The notes: generated by a model not told the origin, from the sequence alone. 64,000 bases of DNA from Pirellulales bacterium (GCA_040901675.1 JBBDYJ010000042.1:1-64000), one strand, 5' to 3'. Counted from the first letter of the stretch, positions 9,925-21,064 are shown. Numbers and translations: made by a program.

Positions 9925-12119
9925 ACGGATTGCCGTCCGAACCAACATGCCAGCGTCGACTCGACAAACAACAATGCCAGCACGCCGGTGAGCAGGAAAT
10001 GGTGCAGCCCTTCGCGGCGGACGACCGGCGCGAGGGTTTCGTCGGCGCTGTCCCGGCCGTCGAAGGGTTCGAAGGGCACACCGGGCCAGACCTCGCTCTT
10101 GAGCTCGTCCAGGTCGAGCCGGGCCAGGTCGCTCTCGGCCGTATCGACATTGACCGCGTAGGCTTCGCTGCGGCGGAGGGGATCGCCGAACTCGGCCACG
10201 TAGAAGCCGCTCTCGAGGGTATCGGCGAAGGACCAACGGCTTGCGTTGGCCTGGGTGGCAAGGCGCAGCGGCAATTGCTCGCCGGACGGGATGCGGACCT
10301 GGCCCGCCACGCCGGCTTCGACCACGCGCAGCGAGCCGGACAGCGACTCCGCCACGCGGAGATTCCGCTGGTCGAGCTGCCCGCGGACCGCCAGCACCAA
10401 CAGCTCGCGGACGATCGGCAGGTAGCTGGGCCAGACGGGCATGGTGGTCCAGGAAGTATCGGCCGAAGTGGCGACCAGGATCGAGCGGCCGCGGCCCAGC
10501 GGCGCCTCGACGATGGCCGGATCGCCGCTGTCGAGCGCCAGGGCCACCTTGGCGGGAGATTCGTCGGCCAGCGAGAGCTTGAAGTACTGGTAGACCGGGG
10601 TGGTCAAGAGCCCGGCTCTCTGATTGGCCTGGAAGGCGGCGGCCAGCGGATGGGCGTAGCCGAGCGGGTCGAGCAGAGCAGGCTCGTCGCGGGCGACGCG
10701 ATCGCCGACGAGCGCGGGCAAGAGGCCGTCGGGCTGGTCGATGCGCCCCAGCCGTTCGTTGTAGCTGGCCGCTTCGACCTGGTCGCCCAGGAAGATGACC
10801 AGCCCGCCGCCGCCGGATACATAGGAGCGCAGCAAGCGGGCCTCGTTGGGAGTGAACTGGCCGACGTTGGCCAGGAAGATGCAGTCGTACTGGGCCAGGT
10901 CGAGCTCGACCAGGGCGCTCTCGGGGACGACCTCGGGGCGCACCGGCGCCCGGTCGTCGGTTGGGCCGCGTGGCGCCAGCGCCACGGCCAGGTAGTCGGT
11001 GGCGCCCTGAAAGGCCCCGCCTTCGGGCTTGCCGTTCACGCAGAGCACGCGCAGATGCTCGACCACCGGCAGCGAGAGCCAGCGGTGGTTGTCGATGTCC
11101 AACAGGTCGCCGGCCAGGCGGACTTCGATGCGGTGATCGCCGGCGCGGTCAAAGCGGTAGGAAAAGCTGGTGGTGACGGAGTCGCCCGGCTCGACGTCGA
11201 CGTGCTGTTCGCCGGCTCGGCGGCCGTCCACGTAGAGTTCCAACAATTGCCGGCTGCGGCCCTGGCGCCCGTGGTTGCGGACCTCGGCCTCCAATGTCAC
11301 TTCCGAGCCGATCGTGGCAAACGGTTCGAGCGGCCGCAGGAAAGACACCGAAAGGTTCTCGGCGGCGGGCTGGCCGAGGTCGGCCACGACAATATGGGCG
11401 GCCGAGGCGAGCCGCTGGCTGCGCTTGCGGAACTCGGCGAGCGCCTGGGGGCCGCCGAGGTCGGGCCGCCAGGCAGTCCGGCCCAAGTCGGTAATGAAGA
11501 TGACTTCCTCGCGCTTGAGCCTGGGATGCTCGCGGCGGGCCGTTTCGAGAATCTCTTCGATCTTGGTGATGGTGCCGGGCAGATCGGCTCCGGCATGGGG
11601 CAGCCGGAGGGCCTCGATTTCGGCCAGGAAATCGTGGGGCTCGAAGGCGGGCGTGCCGACCACGACGCGGGGCGGGTCGGCCAACAAGACCAGCGTGAAG
11701 CCGTCGCCCTGGCTGCTCTTGTCGACCACGCGGGCGGCGAGCTGCTTGGCGCGGTCGAAGAGGGTCTTGTCGGCCGGCTTGTATGCCATGGAGTAGGAGC
11801 CGTCGAGGACGAGCACCTTGTGCGCCCGCTGGCCGGAAACGAACTTGAGCCCCGCCTGCTCGAGGAACGGCTCGGCCACGGCGAGCACCAACAGCACGAT
11901 GATCAGGGTGCGGACGGCCAGCAGGATCCACTGCTCGATGCGGATCCGCCGGGCGTTCTTTTGGAGGGCGGCCAGCAGGTACTGCATGGCGGCCCAGGGC
12001 GCCTCGCGGTGTTTGCGCTTGGAGAGCAGGTGGATCACCAAGGGCGCGGCGGCAGCCACCAGCCAGCCGAGCATGGCCGGATTGTTCAGGAAGCCAAGGA
12101 TGGCCGGCGAACCAGGCAT
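9921..12119 (-). CDS. BatA-type N-terminal double-TM and vWA domain protein with CARDB/Ig-like and GATase-like domains
   Basis: FLNNPAMLGWLVAAAAPLVIHLL...WAAMQYL...LLAVRTL (BatA N-terminus), MIDAS DGSYSM, FITD, and C-terminal VNVDTAESDL plus TM. Confidence 0.85.
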   Translation of the reverse strand: MPGSPAILGFLNNPAMLGWLVAAAAPLVIHLLSKRKHREAPWAAMQYLLAALQKNARRIRIEQWILLAVRTLIIVLLVLAVAEPFLEQAGLKFVSGQRAHKVLVLDGSYSMAYKPADKTLFDRAKQLAARVVDKSSQGDGFTLVLLADPPRVVVGTPAFEPHDFLAEIEALRLPHAGADLPGTITKIEEILETARREHPRLKREEVIFITDLGRTAWRPDLGGPQALAEFRKRSQRLASAAHIVVADLGQPAAENLSVSFLRPLEPFATIGSEVTLEAEVRNHGRQGRSRQLLELYVDGRRAGEQHVDVEPGDSVTTSFSYRFDRAGDHRIEVRLAGDLLDIDNHRWLSLPVVEHLRVLCVNGKPEGGAFQGATDYLAVALAPRGPTDDRAPVRPEVVPESALVELDLAQYDCIFLANVGQFTPNEARLLRSYVSGGGGLVIFLGDQVEAASYNERLGRIDQPDGLLPALVGDRVARDEPALLDPLGYAHPLAAAFQANQRAGLLTTPVYQYFKLSLADESPAKVALALDSGDPAIVEAPLGRGRSILVATSADTSWTTMPVWPSYLPIVRELLVLAVRGQLDQRNLRVAESLSGSLRVVEAGVAGQVRIPSGEQLPLRLATQANASRWSFADTLESGFYVAEFGDPLRRSEAYAVNVDTAESDLARLDLDELKSEVWPGVPFEPFDGRDSADETLAPVVRREGLHHFLLTGVLALLFVESTLACWFGRQSV

Positions 12120-13056
12120 GGAAACGAACGCTTTCGAAGTTTGGCACTCCGGCGGCAACCGCGGGATTGCCACCCGGGGGCCGAGGAGACAAGTTTTCTA
12201 ACCCACGCGCGTCATCCGTGATGAAAGATAAGTGGACAAGGCCACGTCGAGCGGCTGATCGGTGCGGATGCCCACGTAGTCCATGCGCTGCGCCCGGCAG
12301 CCCTGTTTGAGCTGCCGGACGAAACTCTGAAATTCCTGGATGTAGGCTTTCCGCAAGGCGGCCGGGTCGGTCAGCACGTCGGGCCACTGCTCGAGCCCTT
12401 TGAAGAGCATCGTATCGCGAAAGGGAAAATCGAGCTCCGCCGGATCGAGCACGTGGAACAGGACCACCTCGTGGCGGCGGTGGCGGAAATGCTTCAGGCC
12501 GGCCAGCATCGAGGGCACGTCGTCGAACAGGTCGGAGAGCACGATCACGATGCCGCGCTTCTTGAGCCGCTCGGCCAGGTCGTGAAAGATGGGGCCGCTG
12601 GCGGTCTTGCGCTCGGCGACCGATTGCTCCATCACGTGCAATAATTGCTTCAAGTGCGAAGGATTACTGCTGGCGCGGACCAGCGAGCGGACCTCCCTGT
12701 CGAAGGTGACCAGGCCCACGCTGTCCTGCTGCTGCAGGATGAGCCAGCTCAGCGAGGCCGCCAGGCACTGCGCGTACTCGAGCTTGGAAAGCGCGGCGGG
12801 GTCGCTCTTGTAGAGCATGCTCTCGCTGGTATCGAGCAGCAGATAAGTGACCAGGTTGGTCTCTTCCTCGTACTGCTTGAGATAGACCTTGTCGGTCTTG
12901 CCGAAGACTTTCCAGTCGACGTAGCGGAGGTCGTCGCCCGGCACGTACTCGCGGTGTTCCGCGAACTCGACGGAGAAGCCGTGGTACGGGCTGCGGTGCA
13001 CGCCGGAGACATAGCCTTCGACGATCAGCCGGGCGCGCAGCTCGAGACCCTGGAGC

Positions 13057-14112
<1,056 letters not shown>

Positions 14113-14124
14113 GGATGGCTCGTT

Positions 14125-16383
14125 TCAAGGGTTGGCAGGTTGGTCCGGCCGCCCGGTGGACGGCGTGGACAAAAGAGGCGTTTGCAGACTCGCGGCCGAC
14201 GAAGTGGGCGGAGGCTGAGCCGCCTGGTCCGAATCGATCTGGAAGCCGGCCTGGGGGCTGAAGGCAATCAGCTCATCGCTGGTTGTCACCAAAAGCGAGC
14301 CGCGGTTTACCAACAGGTTTCCGCCCACCGCGCCACGCGTGGCCAACTCGATCGCGGAGAGTGGCTGGGCCGTCTCCTGGTCAAAGACGTAAACGGTGCC
14401 GCGCGTCGGCCAGTACACGCTGCCGCCCGCCAGCGTGCCGCGGCCGAATCCCCTGGGCGTGGCTCCATCGGGCCAGTGGGCGGCGATTTTGCCTCCCGAG
14501 AGGCGAATCCACCAGAGCTTGTCGCCGCTGGCCAGCAGATGGTTGCCGCTGACCCCTAACAGATGGACCGCGTCTTTAGGCAGGTCCGTCCGCCAGACGG
14601 GCAGGCCGGTGGGGGCGTCGAAGGCGAGGATGTACACGCTGTCGGAAGGGGCCACGAAGAGCATGCCCCGATGGTAAACGCAGGGCGTCAGGTCGCGGTA
14701 GAAGTGCGTGGCGCGATCGTTCAAGTTGCCTGACTGGGCGCGCTGGTAGAGCGTGATCCACTTGATTCGGCCGTCGCGGGCCTGCAAGGCGGCCACGGCG
14801 CCCAGGTTCGTATTGCAGTAGAGCACGCCGTGATCGAGCGTGAGCAGGTTGTGCGTGATCTCGTCGGACTGCCCCTGGGCCGGCGTTTCGGCGCCACAGA
14901 TCATGCGGCGCCAGCGGAGGCGGCCGTTGTCGATATCGAGGCAGGCCACGTGCAGTTGCGGCTGCACGTCGCTCTTGCGCATGGCCACGTAGACGCCGGC
15001 GCCGTCGCTGACCGGCGAGCCTTCGAACGACCAGGTCTCATCGAATGCCGGATCGGAACGATCGGTCCGCCAGAGGAGCTTGCCTTGGGCCGACAGATCG
15101 AGGCAGGCCAGGTAGCCGGGCCCGGGCGTGGAGCGGCCGGTCCGATCGGGACTGTTGGTCACGGGGTTTCCCATGCGGGCAAACAACCGGTTGTTGAAGG
15201 CGGTCATCGTGAAGCGGGCGGCGCCGATCGGCTGGCGGACGCCGCGTCGAGGCTCGAGCTTGACGTCCTCGTCGCGGAAAATGATCGGATCGCCGCCCCA
15301 GGCAGGCTGGCCCGTGCGGGCGTCGAAGGCCAGGATCTGCCGAAGATTGTTCACCAGCACGAGATCGCCCACCAACAGCGGATGGTAGCTGAGCAGTTGG
15401 TCGTTGTCCTCGCCGACGCGGCGCGGCAAAAAGTCGACGTCGGCCGACGGCGCCTTGGCCAGCGGCTGGCGCCACAGCGGCGCGCCGACCTCGACCTCGA
15501 CGTCGGGCGAACGGGTGCGGGCCGGCGAACCGGCGAACGTCGGCCAATCGTCCGAAACGGTGCGCCGGGGCCAGCTTTCGCTTGCCGCCAGCAGGCCGGC
15601 CAGTGCTTCGGCATAGTTGACCTTGCGCCCGCCCAGCCGCCCCTCGACGTGCCCCCATTGCCGGGCGAATTCGGCCAGCGCTTCGCGGGCCAGCTCGTTA
15701 TCGTGCTCCATGATCATGACCAGCAGCAAACGGGCCTGGACGCCGGCCAGCTCGAGGTCCGAATCGGGATAGACCAGCCAGGTGGGCGTGCCGGCAGTCT
15801 GGGCCGCGGGAGGCGCCGCCTCGGCCCAATGCGAGAGCGGGAGGATCTTTTGCCAATAGCCGCGGGCATTGCCGTGGTCGCCCTGCTCCAAGGCCATCTC
15901 GCCGAGGGCGTAGAGGGCATCGTCACCCCAACTGCTGCAAAACAGGTGGTCGACCACTGCCAGGAGCGGTTCGGCATCCCGCTGGGCGACGCCTTGCTCG
16001 TACCACTTGCGGGCCTGGGGATCGACCCGGTCGCGGTAGAGTTGTAACGCCTGGGGCGGCAGGGCGGCGATCTGCAGGTGGCAATAGTCGCGGACGCTGA
16101 TGTACTGCCAGGGGGGCAGCTCGATGACCTTTTCGCCGTGGTTTTCGCTGACCAGCCGCAGGGTTTCGACCGCTTCGTCCCACTGCTCATTTGCCACAAA
16201 GGCTTTGACGCGTTCGAGATGCGTTCGTGCAGCGGCGTCGGCCTCGTCGAGCTGGATACGGCCGGAGAGCTCGAAGCGGGTGGGGGGGCTGAAAGGACCC
16301 TGGGCCTGGGAGCGGCCGAGCCAGGGATTCGAGAGGGCCAAGACCGCCAGCGCAAGCCACAAAGCTCGGCGGACAAAGCCCAT
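14125..16383 (-). CDS. Exported helical (TPR-like) plus PQQ-like beta-propeller repeat protein
   Basis: Signal peptide, helical N-domain, DWPTFAGSPART, and repeated AFDARTGQPAW / CLDLSAQGKLLW / CLDIDNGRLRW / AFDAPTGLPVW blades. GAAGGGGAG RBS. Confidence 0.85.
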   Translation of the reverse strand: MGFVRRALWLALAVLALSNPWLGRSQAQGPFSPPTRFELSGRIQLDEADAAARTHLERVKAFVANEQWDEAVETLRLVSENHGEKVIELPPWQYISVRDYCHLQIAALPPQALQLYRDRVDPQARKWYEQGVAQRDAEPLLAVVDHLFCSSWGDDALYALGEMALEQGDHGNARGYWQKILPLSHWAEAAPPAAQTAGTPTWLVYPDSDLELAGVQARLLLVMIMEHDNELAREALAEFARQWGHVEGRLGGRKVNYAEALAGLLAASESWPRRTVSDDWPTFAGSPARTRSPDVEVEVGAPLWRQPLAKAPSADVDFLPRRVGEDNDQLLSYHPLLVGDLVLVNNLRQILAFDARTGQPAWGGDPIIFRDEDVKLEPRRGVRQPIGAARFTMTAFNNRLFARMGNPVTNSPDRTGRSTPGPGYLACLDLSAQGKLLWRTDRSDPAFDETWSFEGSPVSDGAGVYVAMRKSDVQPQLHVACLDIDNGRLRWRRMICGAETPAQGQSDEITHNLLTLDHGVLYCNTNLGAVAALQARDGRIKWITLYQRAQSGNLNDRATHFYRDLTPCVYHRGMLFVAPSDSVYILAFDAPTGLPVWRTDLPKDAVHLLGVSGNHLLASGDKLWWIRLSGGKIAAHWPDGATPRGFGRGTLAGGSVYWPTRGTVYVFDQETAQPLSAIELATRGAVGGNLLVNRGSLLVTTSDELIAFSPQAGFQIDSDQAAQPPPTSSAASLQTPLLSTPSTGRPDQPANP

Positions 16384-16421
16384 GCGTACTCCCCTTCAGA
16401 CGTAAGTGCGCGAACTCCTTT

Positions 16422-16427
16422 AGTATA
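16422..16427 (-). promoter_or_regulatory. Candidate -10 element (TATACT) for the MoxR-cluster transcript
   Basis: TATACT on the minus strand ~40 bp upstream of the ATG at 16383; no clear -35. Confidence 0.3.
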
Positions 16428-16447
16428 CGACCCCCCGGGATTCGGGG

Positions 16448-16510
16448 GAAGGCGGATGCGGGAAGGAGGAAGGAGGAGGGAGGAAGGAGGAGGGAGGAAG
16501 GAGGAATAAG
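16448..16510. repeat. Purine-rich GGAAGGA/GGAGGGA heptamer-like tandem repeat
   Basis: Read directly; intergenic. Confidence 0.6.
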
Positions 16511-16569
16511 ACGGGGGAGCCGGAGGAAGAATCCACCGGGCACGGCAGGCTTCCGGCCGACGGGATTTC

Positions 16570-16764
16570 TTACTCCTCTTTCCCCCTTCCTCCATCCTTC
16601 CCCGCGTAGCCTTCGACGATGCGGCCGATGCCGAACAGGCAAACGGCCGAAACCAGCATGATCAGCATCTGGCCGAGAGAGATCCGCTCGGCCAATTGGA
16701 AGATTATCGCTAGCGGAGGCAAGATGAGCCCCAGCACTTCGAGCGAACGTCCGAGAGTTCGCAT
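16570..16764 (-). CDS. Small two-TM membrane protein
   Basis: 64 aa with two hydrophobic helices; co-oriented 15 bp downstream of the CxxC mini-protein gene. Confidence 0.6.
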   Translation of the reverse strand: MRTLGRSLEVLGLILPPLAIIFQLAERISLGQMLIMLVSAVCLFGIGRIVEGYAGKDGGRGKEE

Positions 16765-16779
16765 CAGGCGGGCCGTGGG

Positions 16780-17130
16780 TCAGACGCCGAGGGGTTCGAG
16801 GTCCCGTTGGCGGTCGGGGACGCCAGGCGCACCGGCGGGTGCATCGGATGGCGGGACGCCAGCTTCGCGGCGGGCACGGCGGACAAGCAGGTACATGTAG
16901 GTCGCAAACGATCCGAGCAGGATGAAGGGCATCGACATCATGAACAAAATGCTCCAGAAGAAGCCGGCCACCAGGTCGCCGCGGCCCGGATCGTGGCTGG
17001 CCAGGGCCGCCTTGCAGGTGGGGCAGGCGTCGGCCACCGACGCCGTGAGCACAACGATGCACACGGCCAGCGCCAGAAAGAACAAGCGCCGCGGGAACCT
17101 GACCTGGAGGTTCATGAAACAGAGGTTCAT
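16780..17130 (-). CDS. Small exported, membrane-anchored protein with CxxC directly after a signal-peptidase site
   Basis: RRLFFLALAVCIVVLTASVADA|CPTCK followed by a TM helix FFWSILFMMSMPFILLG. Start could be 17130 or 17115. Confidence 0.7.
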   Translation of the reverse strand: MNLCFMNLQVRFPRRLFFLALAVCIVVLTASVADACPTCKAALASHDPGRGDLVAGFFWSILFMMSMPFILLGSFATYMYLLVRRARREAGVPPSDAPAGAPGVPDRQRDLEPLGV

Positions 17131-17143
17131 GAAACGATGGACC

Positions 17144-17638
17144 TTAACCAAACAAACTCACGGCTTGACCAACGAGACCCAAGCTTGCGTCCATTATAGG
17201 ATCCGGCGTGGCGGGTGGATAGAGATGGTACAGGGCCAGGTAGATCAGCACGCCGGTGATGGAAACGTAGAGCCAGATCGGAAACGTCCAGCGTGCCAGG
17301 CGGCGGTGGGCGGCCCGGCGGTCGGCCAGCCCCAGCCAAATCGTGGCCAAGGCCAGAAACGGGACCGTGGCGGCCAGGATGATGTGGCTGATCAGCATCG
17401 CGTAGTAGACGTAAGAGATCGGCGGCGGGCCGGCGAAGCGGCGGATCGCCTCGGTTTGCACGTGATACACGACGTAACAAACCAGGAACACGATCGAAAC
17501 GCCAAAGGCCGCCAGCATCACGCGGCGGTGGGCCAGCTCGCGCCGCCGGCGGATGAGCAGGTAGCCGGTGACCAGGAGCACGGTGGCCAGAGCGTTCAAG
17601 AGCGCGTTGACCGTGGGGAGCTGGTTGACGGTGAGCAT
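17144..17638 (-). CDS. DUF420 family membrane protein (oxidase-assembly associated)
   Basis: LPTVNALLN...HRRVML.AF..S..FLVCYVVYH...LISHIILA...HRRLARWTFPIWLYVSITGV. Confidence 0.9.
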   Translation of the reverse strand: MLTVNQLPTVNALLNALATVLLVTGYLLIRRRRELAHRRVMLAAFGVSIVFLVCYVVYHVQTEAIRRFAGPPPISYVYYAMLISHIILAATVPFLALATIWLGLADRRAAHRRLARWTFPIWLYVSITGVLIYLALYHLYPPATPDPIMDASLGLVGQAVSLFG

Positions 17639-17723
17639 TCGGATGCGGGCGGCGGGAAACGGGAAGAATCGACAAGGGGACAAGGGGACAAGGCGACAAC
17701 GCTTGCGCGTTCTGATTCCTCCT

Positions 17724-18350
17724 TCAGCCGTCGGCCTTCGGTTCAGCCAAGAGCTTCTTGAGCTGGCGCTTCAGTGCGAGGAGCTGCGTGGGCTCGAGCG
17801 ATCTGTAACGCCCGACGACCGTGCCGTCGCGATCGACCAGGATCAGCCGGTCGCTGTGCTCCTTGCCGACCACCGTCACCTTGAACACATCCTGGCCGAG
17901 CTGCTGGACGTCGTCCATGTCGCCGATGAGGAACAGCCATCGCTTGGAGTCGGCGCCGAGCTTGTCCGCGTATTCGCGGAGGCGCTCGAGGGTGTCTTTC
18001 TCCGGGTCGACCGAGACGCTGACGAAGGTGACGCCGCTATTGGCAAATTCCTGCGACAGTGCGGCCACCTCGTGGTTCATCTGCAGGCAAAAACCGGGGC
18101 ACTCGGTGAAAAAGAAGCTGCCGACCCAGACTTTGCCTTTCAGATCGGCCAGGTGTACGGTCTGACCGCTGCGCTCGACAAAGCTGAACTCGTCGAGATC
18201 GCGCGTCGGACGCATAGCCACGGCGCTCGATTCAACCGGGGCCGGCGCGCTGGCCATCGCCTGGTAAACGCGCCAGATCGAGTACGAGCCATAAAGGGAC
18301 AACAAGAACAGGAACAAGCCGATCCAGGCCTTGAGCACGAAACGAGTCAT
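17724..18350 (-). CDS. SCO family copper chaperone/thiol-disulfide protein
   Basis: N-terminal TM, FFFTECPGFC (CxxxC), SVSVDPEKDT and conserved His (EHSDRLILVDRDG). Confidence 0.92.
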   Translation of the reverse strand: MTRFVLKAWIGLFLFLLSLYGSYSIWRVYQAMASAPAPVESSAVAMRPTRDLDEFSFVERSGQTVHLADLKGKVWVGSFFFTECPGFCLQMNHEVAALSQEFANSGVTFVSVSVDPEKDTLERLREYADKLGADSKRWLFLIGDMDDVQQLGQDVFKVTVVGKEHSDRLILVDRDGTVVGRYRSLEPTQLLALKRQLKKLLAEPKADG

Positions 18351-19258
18351 AATAGATCTCCCGTGGTGCGCTTGCCGGCCGCCTGCAGGGCAAGAACGAA
18401 CGTGACGGCCGCGAACAACAGGGTCACGGCCCAGCAGGCGGCAAGCGAAGGCAATTCAAGGGGCAACGCGACGTCGCTGCCCCAGTACAATAAGCGGCGC
18501 AAGCCGGCCACGCCATAGGTGAGCGGATTGACCCGCATGATCCAGGCCAGCCAGGCGGTGCCCAGCGAGGCCGAGGGATCGGGTGGAAAGAATGCGCCCG
18601 ACAGCAGCCACATCGGCAAGAGGACTACGCTCATGATGGCATGAAAGCCTTGCGTCGAGTCGAGCCGCCAGGCGATCACGAACCCCAGGCCGGTCAGGGC
18701 GAATGCCAGCACGAAGGCGAACAGCACGATGGCCGCCAGGCCCAGCGGCGTAAACGAGAACCCGACGGTGAGGCCTAGCAGCAGAAACAGCAGGCCCTGG
18801 GCTAGCGCGATCAGCGTGCCTCCCAGCAGCTTGCCCAACACGAGCGACCAGCGGGGGATGGGAGCCACCAGCACCGACTGCAAAAAACCTTCGCGGCGGT
18901 CTTCGATGATCGAAATGGTGGTGAAGATGGCCGTGAACAACAGGATCAAGGCCAGCGTGCCGGGGAAAAAGTACTCGCGATAGCTGACTGCGTCGCCGGC
19001 CCCGGGGAGGCGAAACGTGGGCCCCAGCCCCGCGCCGAACAGCACCCAGAACAACACGGGCTGGCCGATGGCGCCGATCACCCGGTTGCGCTGGCGGACA
19101 AAGCGGACCAGCTCGCGCGAGCAGAGCGTGCCGGCCGCCAGCCAGGCGTAGTTGCTGGCTGCTGGTTGCTGGTTCCCGGCAAGGAAAGAGCGGCCAGTGC
19201 TGGCGGGCGGCGCGGATCCGGCGGGCGTGGCGATGCGGCGGGCGGGTTCAGTTGCCAA
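18347..19258 (-). CDS. ABC-2 type exporter permease
   Basis: RELVRF...QPVLFW, FFPG, DRREGFLQSVLVAP, LSGAFFP and NPLTYGV. Start taken as the TTG overlapping the ATPase stop (uncertain). Confidence 0.88.
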   Translation of the reverse strand: MATEPARRIATPAGSAPPASTGRSFLAGNQQPAASNYAWLAAGTLCSRELVRFVRQRNRVIGAIGQPVLFWVLFGAGLGPTFRLPGAGDAVSYREYFFPGTLALILLFTAIFTTISIIEDRREGFLQSVLVAPIPRWSLVLGKLLGGTLIALAQGLLFLLLGLTVGFSFTPLGLAAIVLFAFVLAFALTGLGFVIAWRLDSTQGFHAIMSVVLLPMWLLSGAFFPPDPSASLGTAWLAWIMRVNPLTYGVAGLRRLLYWGSDVALPLELPSLAACWAVTLLFAAVTFVLALQAAGKRTTGDLL

Positions 19259-20201
19259 CGGCCACCTCCGCGGGATCGTGGTGGAAGCGATGGCCGGTGC
19301 GGGCGATGAACACGTCTTCCAGCGTCGGCTTGCCCAGCACGATCGACTGAATCCGGTCGGGGAAGGCCTGCACCAGCCGCGGCACGAGCTGATGGGCATC
19401 GGGCTGCTCCAGCCGCACGCTGCCGTCGACCACGGCCACCGGCAGATCGAATTGCCGCGCGATGTCGGCGGCCAGCTCGGCGGGGCCGTCGGTGGTGATC
19501 GAGAGGGAGTCGCCGCCGACCTGGGCCCGCAGCCGATCGGGCGTATCGAGTGCCACGAGGCGGCCGGTATTGAAGATGGCCAGGCGGTCGGCCTTGTCGG
19601 CCTCTTCGAGCAAATGCGTGGTGAGCACGACCGTTACCTGGTCCTCGTCGCGGACCTGCCGCAGGTACTGCCAGAGATCGCCCCGGGCGCCCGGGTCGAG
19701 CCCGGTGCTGGGCTCGTCGAGCAGCAGGAGCCGCGGTTGGTGCAATAGGCCCTTGGCTAATTCTACCCGCCGCCGCAGGCCGCCGGACAGGGTCTCGACC
19801 AGGTCGCCGCGGCGGTCGGCCAGTCCCAGCCGCGCGAGCATCTCGTTCCGGCGGCGGCGGAGCCCGGCGCCCCGCAGGCCATAGAGCCTTCCCTGGTGCA
19901 GCAGGTTTTCGTCGACCGTGAGTTTCTTGTCGAGGCTGGGGGCCTGGAAGACGACGCCCAGCAGCTTGCGGACGGCGGCCGTCTGGCGGGAGACATCGAA
20001 GCCGAGGATGCTGACGGAGCCTTGCTGTATGGGAATGAGCGTGGACAGAAGACGGAACAGGGTTGTCTTGCCGGAGCCGTTAGGTCCCAGCAGGCCGAAG
20101 ATCTCGGCTGGTTCGACCACCAGGTCCAGGCCATCCAGCGCCAGGCGGGGGCCATAATGATGGCTGAGTCCGGAGATTTGTATCGCGGGGGAAATGGACA
20201 T
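19248..20201 (-). CDS. ABC exporter ATP-binding protein
   Basis: GPNGSGKT, LSGG, LLLLDEPSTGLDP, TTH and C-terminal PTLEDVF. Confidence 0.93.
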   Translation of the reverse strand: MSISPAIQISGLSHHYGPRLALDGLDLVVEPAEIFGLLGPNGSGKTTLFRLLSTLIPIQQGSVSILGFDVSRQTAAVRKLLGVVFQAPSLDKKLTVDENLLHQGRLYGLRGAGLRRRRNEMLARLGLADRRGDLVETLSGGLRRRVELAKGLLHQPRLLLLDEPSTGLDPGARGDLWQYLRQVRDEDQVTVVLTTHLLEEADKADRLAIFNTGRLVALDTPDRLRAQVGGDSLSITTDGPAELAADIARQFDLPVAVVDGSVRLEQPDAHQLVPRLVQAFPDRIQSIVLGKPTLEDVFIARTGHRFHHDPAEVAVGN

Positions 20202-20586
20202 GGGAGATCGGGAAAACGACGCTACGATGTTAACCACGGAGTCTACGAAGAGAGGAACATGAAAGTCGGGTGAGGCGGAAGTCGGACTTTCGGACAAAGC
20301 TCAAGGAGATGAGGTAGAGGAAACCACAAAGGACACAAAGGACACGAAGAGAAGACAGACGACGAGGAGACGGCATCGAGGATTACGGGGACTACGCGGA
20401 TACGAATGACGAAGAGCGGGAGGGCCTTTATTCGGGTTAGCTGCTAACAACTCAATGATAGTGGAGGCTCGACGGCTCCACCAGGGGCGGCGAGGTGGCC
20501 GGTAATTGGACTTGATCGGCATTGGCATTGGCCAGCCCTCCTGCCCTTTGGCATGGTGATTGCACTTTGAGGGCGGAGCCGAGCAA

Positions 20587-21054
20587 ATGAAAAGGGTGAA
20601 AGGCTACAGGCTGTACGTCGAGCTGAACGCCGCGAAAGTGAGGCGGCGGCTGCGTGGGCACGGCTTCGGCGTGCGGAAGGTCGAAAGCGCCGGCAGCAAT
20701 CGGGCGGTCATCATCCACACCGCGACCGGAGACCATCTGCGAGAACTGGAGGTCTGGCTGGTTGGCTTGTGGCTCTGCGTTCGTAGGCGGCGGCAATACC
20801 CGGGACCAGCCACTTTGGCCGGCATCGCGGTTGCGATCGTGATCTTGGAGCGCCTCGTCGACGCGTCGTTCAGCCTCTGGCACACGTTTCTTCTGGATCG
20901 GGGATGGACGCAACAGCAAGCCGCAATGCTTCACGGCGTGCTGTCGCTCGTTCGAGCCGTGTTCGAGGCGGTGGCGTGGGCCATGGTTCTCGTGGCAGTT
21001 TTCGGATGGCGTCAGGCGGCCGAGCCGCGGCCGGCCGCCGATGTAGCCGGGTGA
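20587..21054 (+). CDS. Hypothetical protein: basic soluble N-half fused to a hydrophobic C-half (possible chimera)
   Basis: GGAG upstream of ATG 20587. MKRVKGYRLYVEL...HTATGDHLRELE then an abrupt switch to 2-3 TM-like segments. Confidence 0.55.
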   Translation: MKRVKGYRLYVELNAAKVRRRLRGHGFGVRKVESAGSNRAVIIHTATGDHLRELEVWLVGLWLCVRRRRQYPGPATLAGIAVAIVILERLVDASFSLWHTFLLDRGWTQQQAAMLHGVLSLVRAVFEAVAWAMVLVAVFGWRQAAEPRPAADVAG

Positions 21055-21064
21055 GCTGCGCGTT

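Noticed and set aside
17107..17135. GAGGTTCATGAAAC direct repeat as an operator
   Set aside because: More simply a 15-bp slippage duplication of the start region of the CxxC mini-gene; no other copies seen.
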